A DNA stretch of 64,000 nucleotides from Acidobacteriota bacterium (GTDB lineage: Bacteria > Acidobacteriota > Vicinamibacteria > Vicinamibacterales > UBA2999), in assembly GCA_046727855.1 (NCBI GenBank), contig JBKPDL010000068.1, forward strand, positions 2,216-66,215. The letters run 5' to 3'. Shown here piece by piece: positions 54,309-64,000 of the stretch (position 1 is the first letter of the stretch; each line of letters starts with the position of its first letter). The position numbers and the translations under genes are program-made. The notes under the pieces are model-generated. The model was not told the origin of the DNA and did not search any database. It saw only the letters and a program-made list of their open reading frames with translations.

Positions 54309-56153
54309 ATGTGCGGCATCATTGGCTACATCGGTGAAAAGCCCGTCGTCCCTGTTCTCATCGAGGGGTTGCGCCGGCTCGAATATCGCGGTTACGACTC
54401 GGCCGGCGTTGCGGTTGTCAACGGAACCGGGATCGAGTTGCGGCGCAGCGCCGGCAAGCTGTCGAACCTCGAACAGGCGATTTCGCAGGAGCCGCTGACC
54501 GGCCGCTATGGCCTTGGCCACACTCGTTGGGCGACGCACGGGCGGCCGACGGAAGAAAACGCGCATCCGCATCGCGACTGCACCGGCCGCATCGTGGTCG
54601 TGCACAACGGCATCATCGAGAACTACCTCGAGCTGAAACAGGAGCTGCAGTCGAAAGGCCACAGGTTCGTCACCGAAACCGATACCGAAGTCGTCGCGCA
54701 CCTTGTGGAACAAGAGTGGAAAGACGACGGTCTCGAGGGCGCAGTGCAGCGCGCCATGACGCGCCTGCGCGGGCTGTTCGCGATTGTGTTGATGTCTTCG
54801 GACGACGACCAGAAGATTGTCGCCGTACGCAATGGCCCGCCGGTTGTGGTCGGACTCGGGGAAGGCGAGTGTTTCATCGCATCCGATATTCCCGCCATCC
54901 TGCAGCACACACGCAACGTCGTCTTCCTGAACGATGAGGAGATGGCGATAGCGACGCGCGACGGCGTCCGCTTCACGGATCTTTCAGGCCACACCATCGA
55001 GAAAAAGCCGCAGCGCGTGACCTGGGATCCCGTTCAGGCCGAGAAGGCGGGATACAAGCACTTCATGCTCAAGGAGATCTTCGAGCAGCCCACGGCCGTG
55101 CGCGAGACGATTCTGGGCCGGGTATCGCGCGACAGTGGCTTGATTCACCTCGAGGAGATGAACCTGTCGGATGACGATTTCCGCAGGGTCGACAAGGTGC
55201 AGCTGATCGCGTGCGGAACGTCGTGGCACGCGGGTCTCGTTGGCAAGTTCCTGATCGAGCAGATGGCAAAAGTTTCTGCCGAAGTCGATTACGGCTCCGA
55301 GTTCCGCTATCGCAAGCCGATTGTCAACGACAAGACACTCACGGTCGTCATCACGCAGTCGGGCGAGACCGCCGACACGCTGGCGGCGTTACGCGAAGCG
55401 AAAAACCGCGGCTCGAAGAGCGTCGCTATCTGCAACGTCGTGGGCAGCATGGCGACGCGCGAAGTCGACGGCACAATCTATACGCATGCCGGACCAGAAA
55501 TCGGCGTCGCCTCGACCAAAGCCTTTACTTGCCAGCTCGTGGCGCTGCATCTCCTCGCCATGTATATAGGCCAGGTCCGGGGAACGCTCAGCGAGGACGA
55601 GCGTCGCAAGCACATCGACGAGCTGCTGCTGTTGCCGAAGCAGCTCGAAGAAATCCTGAAACGATCCAAGCAGCTCGAAGATCTCGCGGGTCGTTTCCAC
55701 AGCCGCAGCGACTTTTTGTATCTCGGGCGCGGCATCAACTATCCGATCGCGCTCGAAGGCGCACTCAAGCTGAAAGAGATCTCGTACATTCACGCCGAGG
55801 GATACCCCGCCGGCGAGATGAAGCACGGCCCGATCGCGCTCATCGACGAGAAGATGCCCGTCGTCGCGATCGCGCCCGCCGACCCGGTTTACGAGAAGAT
55901 GCTTGGAAACATCCAGGAAGCCAAGGCGCGCGGCGGCGCCGTGATCGCAGTGACGACGGCAGGAGACGACACGTTGTGGCGATTGCTGGATCGCAATACT
56001 GACTCGATCATTTCAGTTCCTGCAATGGCGCCAGAGCTAACGCCGATCGGAATTGTGCTGCCGTTGCAACTTCTTGCCTACCAGATCGCGGTGCGCCGCG
56101 GGTGTGACGTCGATCAGCCGAGGAATCTGGCCAAGAGCGTGACGGTAGAATAG
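54309..56153 (+). CDS. glmS: glutamine--fructose-6-phosphate aminotransferase (isomerizing)
   Basis: 614 aa. [10 protein letters not shown]-terminal nucleophile, two SIS domains, and C-terminal NLAKSVTVE. Confidence 0.97.
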   Translation: MCGIIGYIGEKPVVPVLIEGLRRLEYRGYDSAGVAVVNGTGIELRRSAGKLSNLEQAISQEPLTGRYGLGHTRWATHGRPTEENAHPHRDCTGRIVVVHNGIIENYLELKQELQSKGHRFVTETDTEVVAHLVEQEWKDDGLEGAVQRAMTRLRGLFAIVLMSSDDDQKIVAVRNGPPVVVGLGEGECFIASDIPAILQHTRNVVFLNDEEMAIATRDGVRFTDLSGHTIEKKPQRVTWDPVQAEKAGYKHFMLKEIFEQPTAVRETILGRVSRDSGLIHLEEMNLSDDDFRRVDKVQLIACGTSWHAGLVGKFLIEQMAKVSAEVDYGSEFRYRKPIVNDKTLTVVITQSGETADTLAALREAKNRGSKSVAICNVVGSMATREVDGTIYTHAGPEIGVASTKAFTCQLVALHLLAMYIGQVRGTLSEDERRKHIDELLLLPKQLEEILKRSKQLEDLAGRFHSRSDFLYLGRGINYPIALEGALKLKEISYIHAEGYPAGEMKHGPIALIDEKMPVVAIAPADPVYEKMLGNIQEAKARGGAVIAVTTAGDDTLWRLLDRNTDSIISVPAMAPELTPIGIVLPLQLLAYQIAVRRGCDVDQPRNLAKSVTVE

Positions 56154-56156
56154 ATC

Positions 56157-56204
56157 GCGGACCTAAAGGTCCGCGCTACATGTAGCGCGGGGCTTTGGCC
56201 CCGC
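56157..56204. repeat. three overlapping GC-rich hairpins/palindromes between glmS and uvrD (REP-like; includes copy 2 of the GCGGAYCTAAAGKYCCGC hairpin)
   Basis: GCGGACC-TAAA-GGTCCGC (56157..56174). The 18-nt perfect palindrome CGCGCTACATGTAGCGCG (56172..56189). GCGGGGC-TTTG-GCCCCGC (56187..56204). Confidence 0.5.
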
Positions 56205-56213
56205 GACCACTAC

Positions 56214-58484
56214 ATGGACTTCCTCTCCTCCCTCAACTCCGAGCAACAGCGGGCCGTCGATCACACCGAAGGCGCTCTGCTCATTCTCGCTGGCGCCGGT
56301 TCCGGCAAGACGCGCGTCATCGCGCATCGCATCGCGCACCTCGTCGCCAACAATTTCGCGCCCGCCGATCGCGTTCTTGCCGTGACGTTCACCAACAAGG
56401 CCGCGGAGGAAATGCGGACGCGTGTTGAGACCCTGCTCGGCCACGACTGCCGATCGATGTGGATCTCGACCTTTCACGCGCTCGGCGCGCGATTGATGCG
56501 CCGCGAGGCGCCACACATCGGCGTGGCGCGGGATTTCGTCATCTACGACTCGAGTGACCAGCAGGCAGTGATGAAGCAGCTGGTCAAGGAACATCAGCTC
56601 GACGACAACACCTATCAGCCGCGCGCCGTACTGGCGAAGATCAGCCATGCGAAGAACAGGATGGAAGGGCCTGAGACCTTCGCCAACAGCTGGAATCCTC
56701 GCGACCGCGAGGTTGCCCGCTTGTACGAAGCGTACCAAAAGGCGTTGCAGGACGCGAATGCGCTCGATTTCGACGACCTCTTACTCAAGGTCGTCGACCT
56801 GTTCGACCGCGTGGCAAGCGTCCGCGAGCGCTACGCGCACAAGTTCCGCTACATCATGGTGGACGAGTATCAGGACACGAATCGTCCACAGTACCTGCTG
56901 GTCAAGCAGCTCGCAAGCATCCATCGCAATCTCTGTGTCGTCGGCGATCCCGATCAATCGATTTACAAATGGCGCGGCGCCGATCTCCGCAACATCCTGG
57001 ACTTCGAGCACGACTTTCCCGAAGCCGTTGTCGTGCGGCTGGAGCGCAACTACCGCTCGACGCAGGTGATTCTCGACGCGGCATCGGCGGTCATCAGCAA
57101 CAACCGCAATCGCAAAGAGAAGACGCTCTGGACCGATCGGAAAGGCGGCGCCAAGATCACGTATTTCCGTGGCGGCGACGAAGTCGAAGAGGCCGACTAC
57201 ATCACTCGCGTTGCGCGCGCGTCGATTTCTGAAGACGTCAACGCCACTCTGGCCGTGCTCTATCGCACCAACGCGCAGTCGCGTGCGATCGAAGATTCGC
57301 TGCGCCAGGCCAACATCGGGTACATCGTGCTCGGGGGCGTCGGATTCTATGAGCGCAAGGAAATCAAAGATGCCCTGTCGTATCTCAAACTGATCCTCAA
57401 CCCTCAGGACGATCTGGCGCTGCGGCGCGTCATCAACGTGCCCGCGCGCGGAATTGGCAAAGCGGTGATGGACGCGCTCGAGCAGGTGGATATCGGTGCC
57501 GCGAACGATCTGCCTCCGCTTCTCGCTGGCCTCGCGCCGACCGTGGCCGCCAACTCCCTCTGGACGAAGCTTGTAGCCGCAACCGAGCAGCGGCTTCTCA
57601 GCCCGCGCCAGGTCGCATCGTTATCGGCTTTCCGCGACTTGATTCGGGGACTCGCGGACATGTCGCGGCGCGAATCGGTATCGATCGCGCTCGGCAAGGT
57701 TCTCGACCAATCAGGCTACCTCCGCGATCTCCGCGACGATCACACAGAGGAGTCCGAGGGCCGGATCGAGAACCTGATGGAGCTTGTCTCCGCGGCGCGG
57801 GAGTACGAAACGCGCGAGCCGGAGCCGTCGCTCGCCGGATTCGTGGATCGATTGTCGCTGCTGTCCGACGTTGACAAGGAACAAGGCGCGCGCGATGCCC
57901 GGGTCATGATGATGACGATGCACTCGGCAAAGGGACTGGAGTTTCCCGTCGTCGTGATTGCCGGGCTCGAAGAGGGGCTGTTTCCGCACTCGCGATCGGC
58001 AGAGGATGAGGCCGAACTCGAAGAGGAACGCCGGCTGTGTTACGTCGGGATCACGCGCGCCAGGTCGCGTCTGGTGCTCACGAGCGCAGCCAGGCGGCGC
58101 GTCTTCGGTGATTATCAAAACACGCAAAGGTCACGGTTCCTCGACGAACTTCCTCCCGATCTCATCGAGCAGGACTTCTCCTCGTATAGTTCGCCGTATA
58201 CGGCGCCAAGGAGCGGGTGGGAATACCGGCCGAACCCGTACGGCCGCGGCGGTCGCCGCGGGTCGCGTGTGCGCGAGCAGGAAGAATCGTTCGACTACGA
58301 GAGCGAGGACCAATCGATCCGCGGCGGCTTGCGCTCCGGCGCGAAAGTGCGCCATGGCCAGTTCGGGATCGGAACGGTTGTGAGCGTCGAGGAATTGGAC
58401 GGCGATCTGAAAGTCGTGGTGCGCTTCGCCTCGGTCGGGACGAAAACGCTTCGTGCTAAGTACGCAAAGCTGGAAATGGTGTAG
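56214..58484 (+). CDS. uvrD: UvrD/PcrA-type ATP-dependent DNA helicase (SF1A)
   Basis: 756 aa. LNSEQQRAVDHTEGALLILAGAGSGKTRVI (Walker A), VDEYQDTN, VGDPDQSIYKWRGA, and the C-terminal tudor-like segment GQFGIGTVVSVE. Confidence 0.95.
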   Translation: MDFLSSLNSEQQRAVDHTEGALLILAGAGSGKTRVIAHRIAHLVANNFAPADRVLAVTFTNKAAEEMRTRVETLLGHDCRSMWISTFHALGARLMRREAPHIGVARDFVIYDSSDQQAVMKQLVKEHQLDDNTYQPRAVLAKISHAKNRMEGPETFANSWNPRDREVARLYEAYQKALQDANALDFDDLLLKVVDLFDRVASVRERYAHKFRYIMVDEYQDTNRPQYLLVKQLASIHRNLCVVGDPDQSIYKWRGADLRNILDFEHDFPEAVVVRLERNYRSTQVILDAASAVISNNRNRKEKTLWTDRKGGAKITYFRGGDEVEEADYITRVARASISEDVNATLAVLYRTNAQSRAIEDSLRQANIGYIVLGGVGFYERKEIKDALSYLKLILNPQDDLALRRVINVPARGIGKAVMDALEQVDIGAANDLPPLLAGLAPTVAANSLWTKLVAATEQRLLSPRQVASLSAFRDLIRGLADMSRRESVSIALGKVLDQSGYLRDLRDDHTEESEGRIENLMELVSAAREYETREPEPSLAGFVDRLSLLSDVDKEQGARDARVMMMTMHSAKGLEFPVVVIAGLEEGLFPHSRSAEDEAELEEERRLCYVGITRARSRLVLTSAARRRVFGDYQNTQRSRFLDELPPDLIEQDFSSYSSPYTAPRSGWEYRPNPYGRGGRRGSRVREQEESFDYESEDQSIRGGLRSGAKVRHGQFGIGTVVSVEELDGDLKVVVRFASVGTKTLRAKYAKLEMV

Positions 58485-58518
58485 ACGTTTCAAACTGAAA
58501 CCTGGCAGCCCGCCACTC

Positions 58519-59244
58519 TCACGCGCCCTGAATCCGGGTAATGATCCAACGGCCTTCGCGCCGCTGGCCATTCAACGTTCCCACCGCACGCTGCAGCGTC
58601 AGCACCAGTGTTTTCTGCGACGTCTGACCTTTCGGCGATTTGACCTGCGCGTCGATGGTCACGTCCTTGGCAACCAACTCGCCCTGAAACTGTTCTGGGT
58701 TGAACGGCGGCTGGCCGGGCTGTGAGAGCGAGGCCTCGGCGGGCCCTATCGCGTTGTTGAAGGCCTGCTTCGCCGACGCAATCGCTTTGGTGTGCATGGT
58801 CGTGTCGGCACGCCACTTGTCCCATTCCGCCTTCATCTTGAGCTGGTCGGCCGACATCTTTGCGTTGGGATCGCGTTCGAGTTTGACAATGATCTCGAGC
58901 GCCGGAAGGTTCGCGTCTTGGTACTCGATTTTCCTCTTCTTGAACTCCGCCTCTGCGTCAATGGCCTGCTGCTGCGCTTGGTAGAGGCCTTTGAAGTCCA
59001 CCGGCGTCCGCCGCTCCTCGCTGACCTGCTTGATCTCGAAGCTGTCTACGGTGCCCACGTCGCGCGGCTCGAACGACACGGCCGACATCAAGGACAGCGT
59101 GTTGTTGTCGCGCGCCCGCGCGGCGCGGAAGAACTGGGTCAGAAACTGTTGTTCTGCCGGGCGCGAACACGCAGCGGCGAGGAAGGCAAACGGCGCGACG
59201 AAGACGACGAGCGCAACCGTCGCGCTGATCCTGGATGGTGCCAT
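58519..59244 (-). CDS. hypothetical lipoprotein
   Basis: 241 aa with lipobox AFLAAAC after a hydrophobic signal. No family recognised. Confidence 0.55.
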   Translation of the reverse strand: MAPSRISATVALVVFVAPFAFLAAACSRPAEQQFLTQFFRAARARDNNTLSLMSAVSFEPRDVGTVDSFEIKQVSEERRTPVDFKGLYQAQQQAIDAEAEFKKRKIEYQDANLPALEIIVKLERDPNAKMSADQLKMKAEWDKWRADTTMHTKAIASAKQAFNNAIGPAEASLSQPGQPPFNPEQFQGELVAKDVTIDAQVKSPKGQTSQKTLVLTLQRAVGTLNGQRREGRWIITRIQGA

Positions 59245-59304
59245 GTCTCCCTCCGTCGAAATCGCGGCACACTGCGAACCCTGAGGTCCGCGCGGTGAGA
59301 CGCG

Positions 59305-61791
59305 TCACTGAGACTCGGGAGAAGCTACACCTTCTTCGTCCTTCTCGACAAGAGCAACAGACACCACAGTATCCTCGCCGTCGAGATCCATGACGCGCAC
59401 ACCCTGGGTGGCACGGCCGATGGCACGAATGTCGTTGGTCGGCGTGCGCAGGATTTTTCCCTGCTGCGTGATGACGAGCAACTCTTCGTCGCCGTGCACC
59501 TGCGCAATACCCACCACAGGCCCGTTTTTCTCGGTCACTTCGAGATTCTTGATACCAAGACCGCCGCGGCTCTGCACCCGGTATTCGTCGAGGTCTGTGC
59601 GTTTGGCGTAACCCTTCTCCGTGACTGTCAGGAGCGTTCCACCCGGCCTCACCACTTCCGTCGCCACCACCGCGTCGCCCTCACGAAGCTGGATGCCGCG
59701 GACACCATACGCGGTGCGGCCCATCGACCGAACATCCGATTCTGGAAATCGGATCGCCATACCCTGACGCGTGCCGATGAAGATTTCGCTCGAGCCGTCG
59801 GAGAGCTGCACGGCCATGACCGCGTCGCCGTCCTCAACACCCATCGCGATGATGCCACCCGCACGGGGGTTGCTGAACGCCGAGAGCTCGGTCTTTTTGA
59901 CGGTGCCCTGCCGCGTGCCCATCACGATGAAGTGCCTGTCGTCAAACTCCTGAACGGCGAGCATGGCCGCGATCTTTTCGCCCGCTTCCATCTGCACGAG
60001 GTTGGCGATAGCCTTCCCGCGCCCGTCCGGACCGACATCCGGAATCTCGTGAACCTTCAGCCAATAGGCACGGCCGCGGTCCGAAAAAATCATCATGTAG
60101 GCGTGCGTCGAGGCGACGAAGAGGTGATTGACAACGTCCTCCTCGCGCGTGCGCATGCCGATGCGGCCCTTGCCCCCACGCTTCTGATTGCGATACGTGG
60201 AGATTGGCGTGCGCTTGATGTAGCCAGTGTCGGTCACGGTGATTGCGACGTCTTCGTCCGCAATCAGGTCCTCAATCCGGAGCTCGCCTTCGGTGTCGAG
60301 AATGGTCGTGCGGCGGTCGTCGCCGAACTTGTCGCGGATTTGTTTGAGCTCGTCGACCACAATCTGCAGCAGCAGCCGTTCGCTCGCGAGAATCGTGCGC
60401 AGCCGCTCGATTTGCCGCATCAGCTCGGCGAGCTCGTCGAGCACCTTCTGCCGTTCGAGCCCGGTCAAACGCTGCAGCTGCATGTCGAGAATGGCCTGCG
60501 CCTGAATTTCCGACAAGCCAAACTGCGCGACCAGCCCGGTGCGTGCTTCGGGCGGATTCTTTGCGTTGCGGATCAGCGTGATCACCGCATCGAGGTTATC
60601 GAGCGCGATCTTGAGGCCTTCGAGGATGTGCGCGCGCGCCTCGGCTTTGCGCAGCTCGAATTCCGTGCGGCGCCGGACAACATCACGGCGAAATTCCACG
60701 AACTGCTCGACCACTTCGAGCAGGTTCAGCACGCGCGGACGGCCGCCGACAATCGCCAGCATGATGATGCCGAAGCCCTGCTGCATCTGCGTGTGCTTGT
60801 AGAGATTGTTCAGAACCACGTCGGCGATCTCGCCGCGCTTCAACTCGATGACAACCCGAAGCCCGTCGCGGTCGGACTCGTCGCGGATGTCGGCAATGCC
60901 TTCGATCGTCTTCTCACGAACGAGTTCGGCAATGCGCTCGATCATGCGCGCCTTATTGACCTGGTAGGGCACCGCGGTCACCACAATCTGCTGCCGCTCA
61001 CCCCTTTTCGACGACTCGATCTCCGCTTGTGCGCGCACCTGGATCGAGCCGCGGCCGGTGACGTAGGCCTCGTGGATCCCGGCACGCCCAACGATGATCC
61101 CGCCCGTCGGAAAGTCGGGGCCGGGGATCAGCTTGATCAACTCCTTGAGGCGCTGCTCGCGCGAGAGCTTTGACGTCGCCGTGTCAGCCAGATAGTAGTT
61201 TTCAATCAGCCAGATGACGCCATTGCACACCTCGCGTAGGTTGTGCGGCGGCACGTTGGTGGCCATCCCGACGGCGATGCCCGTGGAACCATTCACGAGC
61301 AGATTCGGAAATGCCGTCGGGAGGACGTTGGGCTCGGTGGTGGTCTCGTCGAAGTTGGGCGAGTATTCGACGGTCTCTTTGTCGAGGTCCGTCATCATCG
61401 ACTCGGCAAGCGCCTCCAGCCGCGCCTCGGTGTAACGGTAGGCAGCGGGTGGATCGCCGTCGATCGAGCCGAAGTTACCCTGGCCGTCGACCAGGGTGTA
61501 GCGCATGTTGAAGTCCTGCGCCAGGCGAACCAGCGTGTCGTACGCCGGCGCATCGCCGTGCGGATGATAGTTGCCGATGACTTCGCCGACGATCTTCGCG
61601 CACTTGCGGTAGGCGCGGTTCGACGCCAGGCCCATCTGCCGCATCGCGTAGAGGACGCGGCGATGCGCCGGCTTGAGGCCGTCGCGAACGTCGGGCAGCG
61701 CTCGACCGATGATCACGCTCATGGCGTAATCGAGGTACGAGCGCCGCATTTCGTCTTCGATGTTGACTGGAACGCGTGATTCGGTGGTCAT
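59305..61791 (-). CDS. gyrA: DNA gyrase subunit A
   Basis: 828 aa. [23 protein letters not shown] and [22 protein letters not shown] (QRDR region), followed by C-terminal beta-pinwheel repeats. Confidence 0.97.
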   Translation of the reverse strand: MTTESRVPVNIEDEMRRSYLDYAMSVIIGRALPDVRDGLKPAHRRVLYAMRQMGLASNRAYRKCAKIVGEVIGNYHPHGDAPAYDTLVRLAQDFNMRYTLVDGQGNFGSIDGDPPAAYRYTEARLEALAESMMTDLDKETVEYSPNFDETTTEPNVLPTAFPNLLVNGSTGIAVGMATNVPPHNLREVCNGVIWLIENYYLADTATSKLSREQRLKELIKLIPGPDFPTGGIIVGRAGIHEAYVTGRGSIQVRAQAEIESSKRGERQQIVVTAVPYQVNKARMIERIAELVREKTIEGIADIRDESDRDGLRVVIELKRGEIADVVLNNLYKHTQMQQGFGIIMLAIVGGRPRVLNLLEVVEQFVEFRRDVVRRRTEFELRKAEARAHILEGLKIALDNLDAVITLIRNAKNPPEARTGLVAQFGLSEIQAQAILDMQLQRLTGLERQKVLDELAELMRQIERLRTILASERLLLQIVVDELKQIRDKFGDDRRTTILDTEGELRIEDLIADEDVAITVTDTGYIKRTPISTYRNQKRGGKGRIGMRTREEDVVNHLFVASTHAYMMIFSDRGRAYWLKVHEIPDVGPDGRGKAIANLVQMEAGEKIAAMLAVQEFDDRHFIVMGTRQGTVKKTELSAFSNPRAGGIIAMGVEDGDAVMAVQLSDGSSEIFIGTRQGMAIRFPESDVRSMGRTAYGVRGIQLREGDAVVATEVVRPGGTLLTVTEKGYAKRTDLDEYRVQSRGGLGIKNLEVTEKNGPVVGIAQVHGDEELLVITQQGKILRTPTNDIRAIGRATQGVRVMDLDGEDTVVSVALVEKDEEGVASPESQ

Positions 61792-61830
61792 TAACAGGTA
61801 GCGACAGCGCGCCGGACCCTTTGGCCCAGG

Positions 61831-64000
<2,170 letters not shown>

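Overview
Visibly GC-rich bacterial chromosomal DNA (percent not computed). GC-rich shadow ORFs occur on both strands. Gene content suggests an Acidobacteriota-like organism (Oar-like CarboxypepD_reg TonB receptor, DUF5916/CBM9 protein, ACIII plus caa3 oxidase); this is inference only. The window has four parts. (1) 1..18332, minus strand, is a long respiratory supercluster. It holds a canonical alternative complex III operon (actABCDEF plus a small membrane ORF), SCO1, and a caa3-type cytochrome c oxidase (subunits II-c, I, III, IV). After a 218-nt gap comes a second, non-canonical module: ActA-like, ActB-like, an ActE-like cytochrome c, and a CydA (cytochrome bd)-like subunit where ActC would be expected; it runs off the window start. 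(2) 18609..31603 encodes secreted or outer-membrane hydrolases: S9 peptidase, Oar-like receptor, CapA-family protein, amidohydrolase, DUF5916, an HxlR regulator and gamma-glutamyltransferase. A conserved CCAAATC-repeat element sits directly 5' of two of these genes. (3) 31666..45177 is a mixed metabolic and accessory region: a permease, a YdiJ-like FAD/FeS oxidase, a crotonase, a CoA-transferase, a Zn-ribbon protein, a probable selenoprotein, an M55 peptidase remnant, NUDIX, an RNA methyltransferase, FKBP, a GAF-HTH regulator, NIPSNAP, DinB and an ADH. (4) 45306..64000 is housekeeping: tRNA-Ser(UGA), serS, galU, rsmI, glmU, glmS, uvrD/pcrA, gyrA and partial gyrB. Embedded in it is an unusual secreted protein with PEGA, collagen-like and tandem tail-tube-like domains. 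The strongest second-look items are: an in-frame TGA at the CxxC position of a PDO/glutaredoxin-like protein with a SECIS-like hairpin; the ACIII-like/bd-like hybrid module; the orphan collagen/tail-tube fusion; and the shared 5' CCAAATC-palindrome element. No CRISPR array, rRNA, transposase or integrase was seen.
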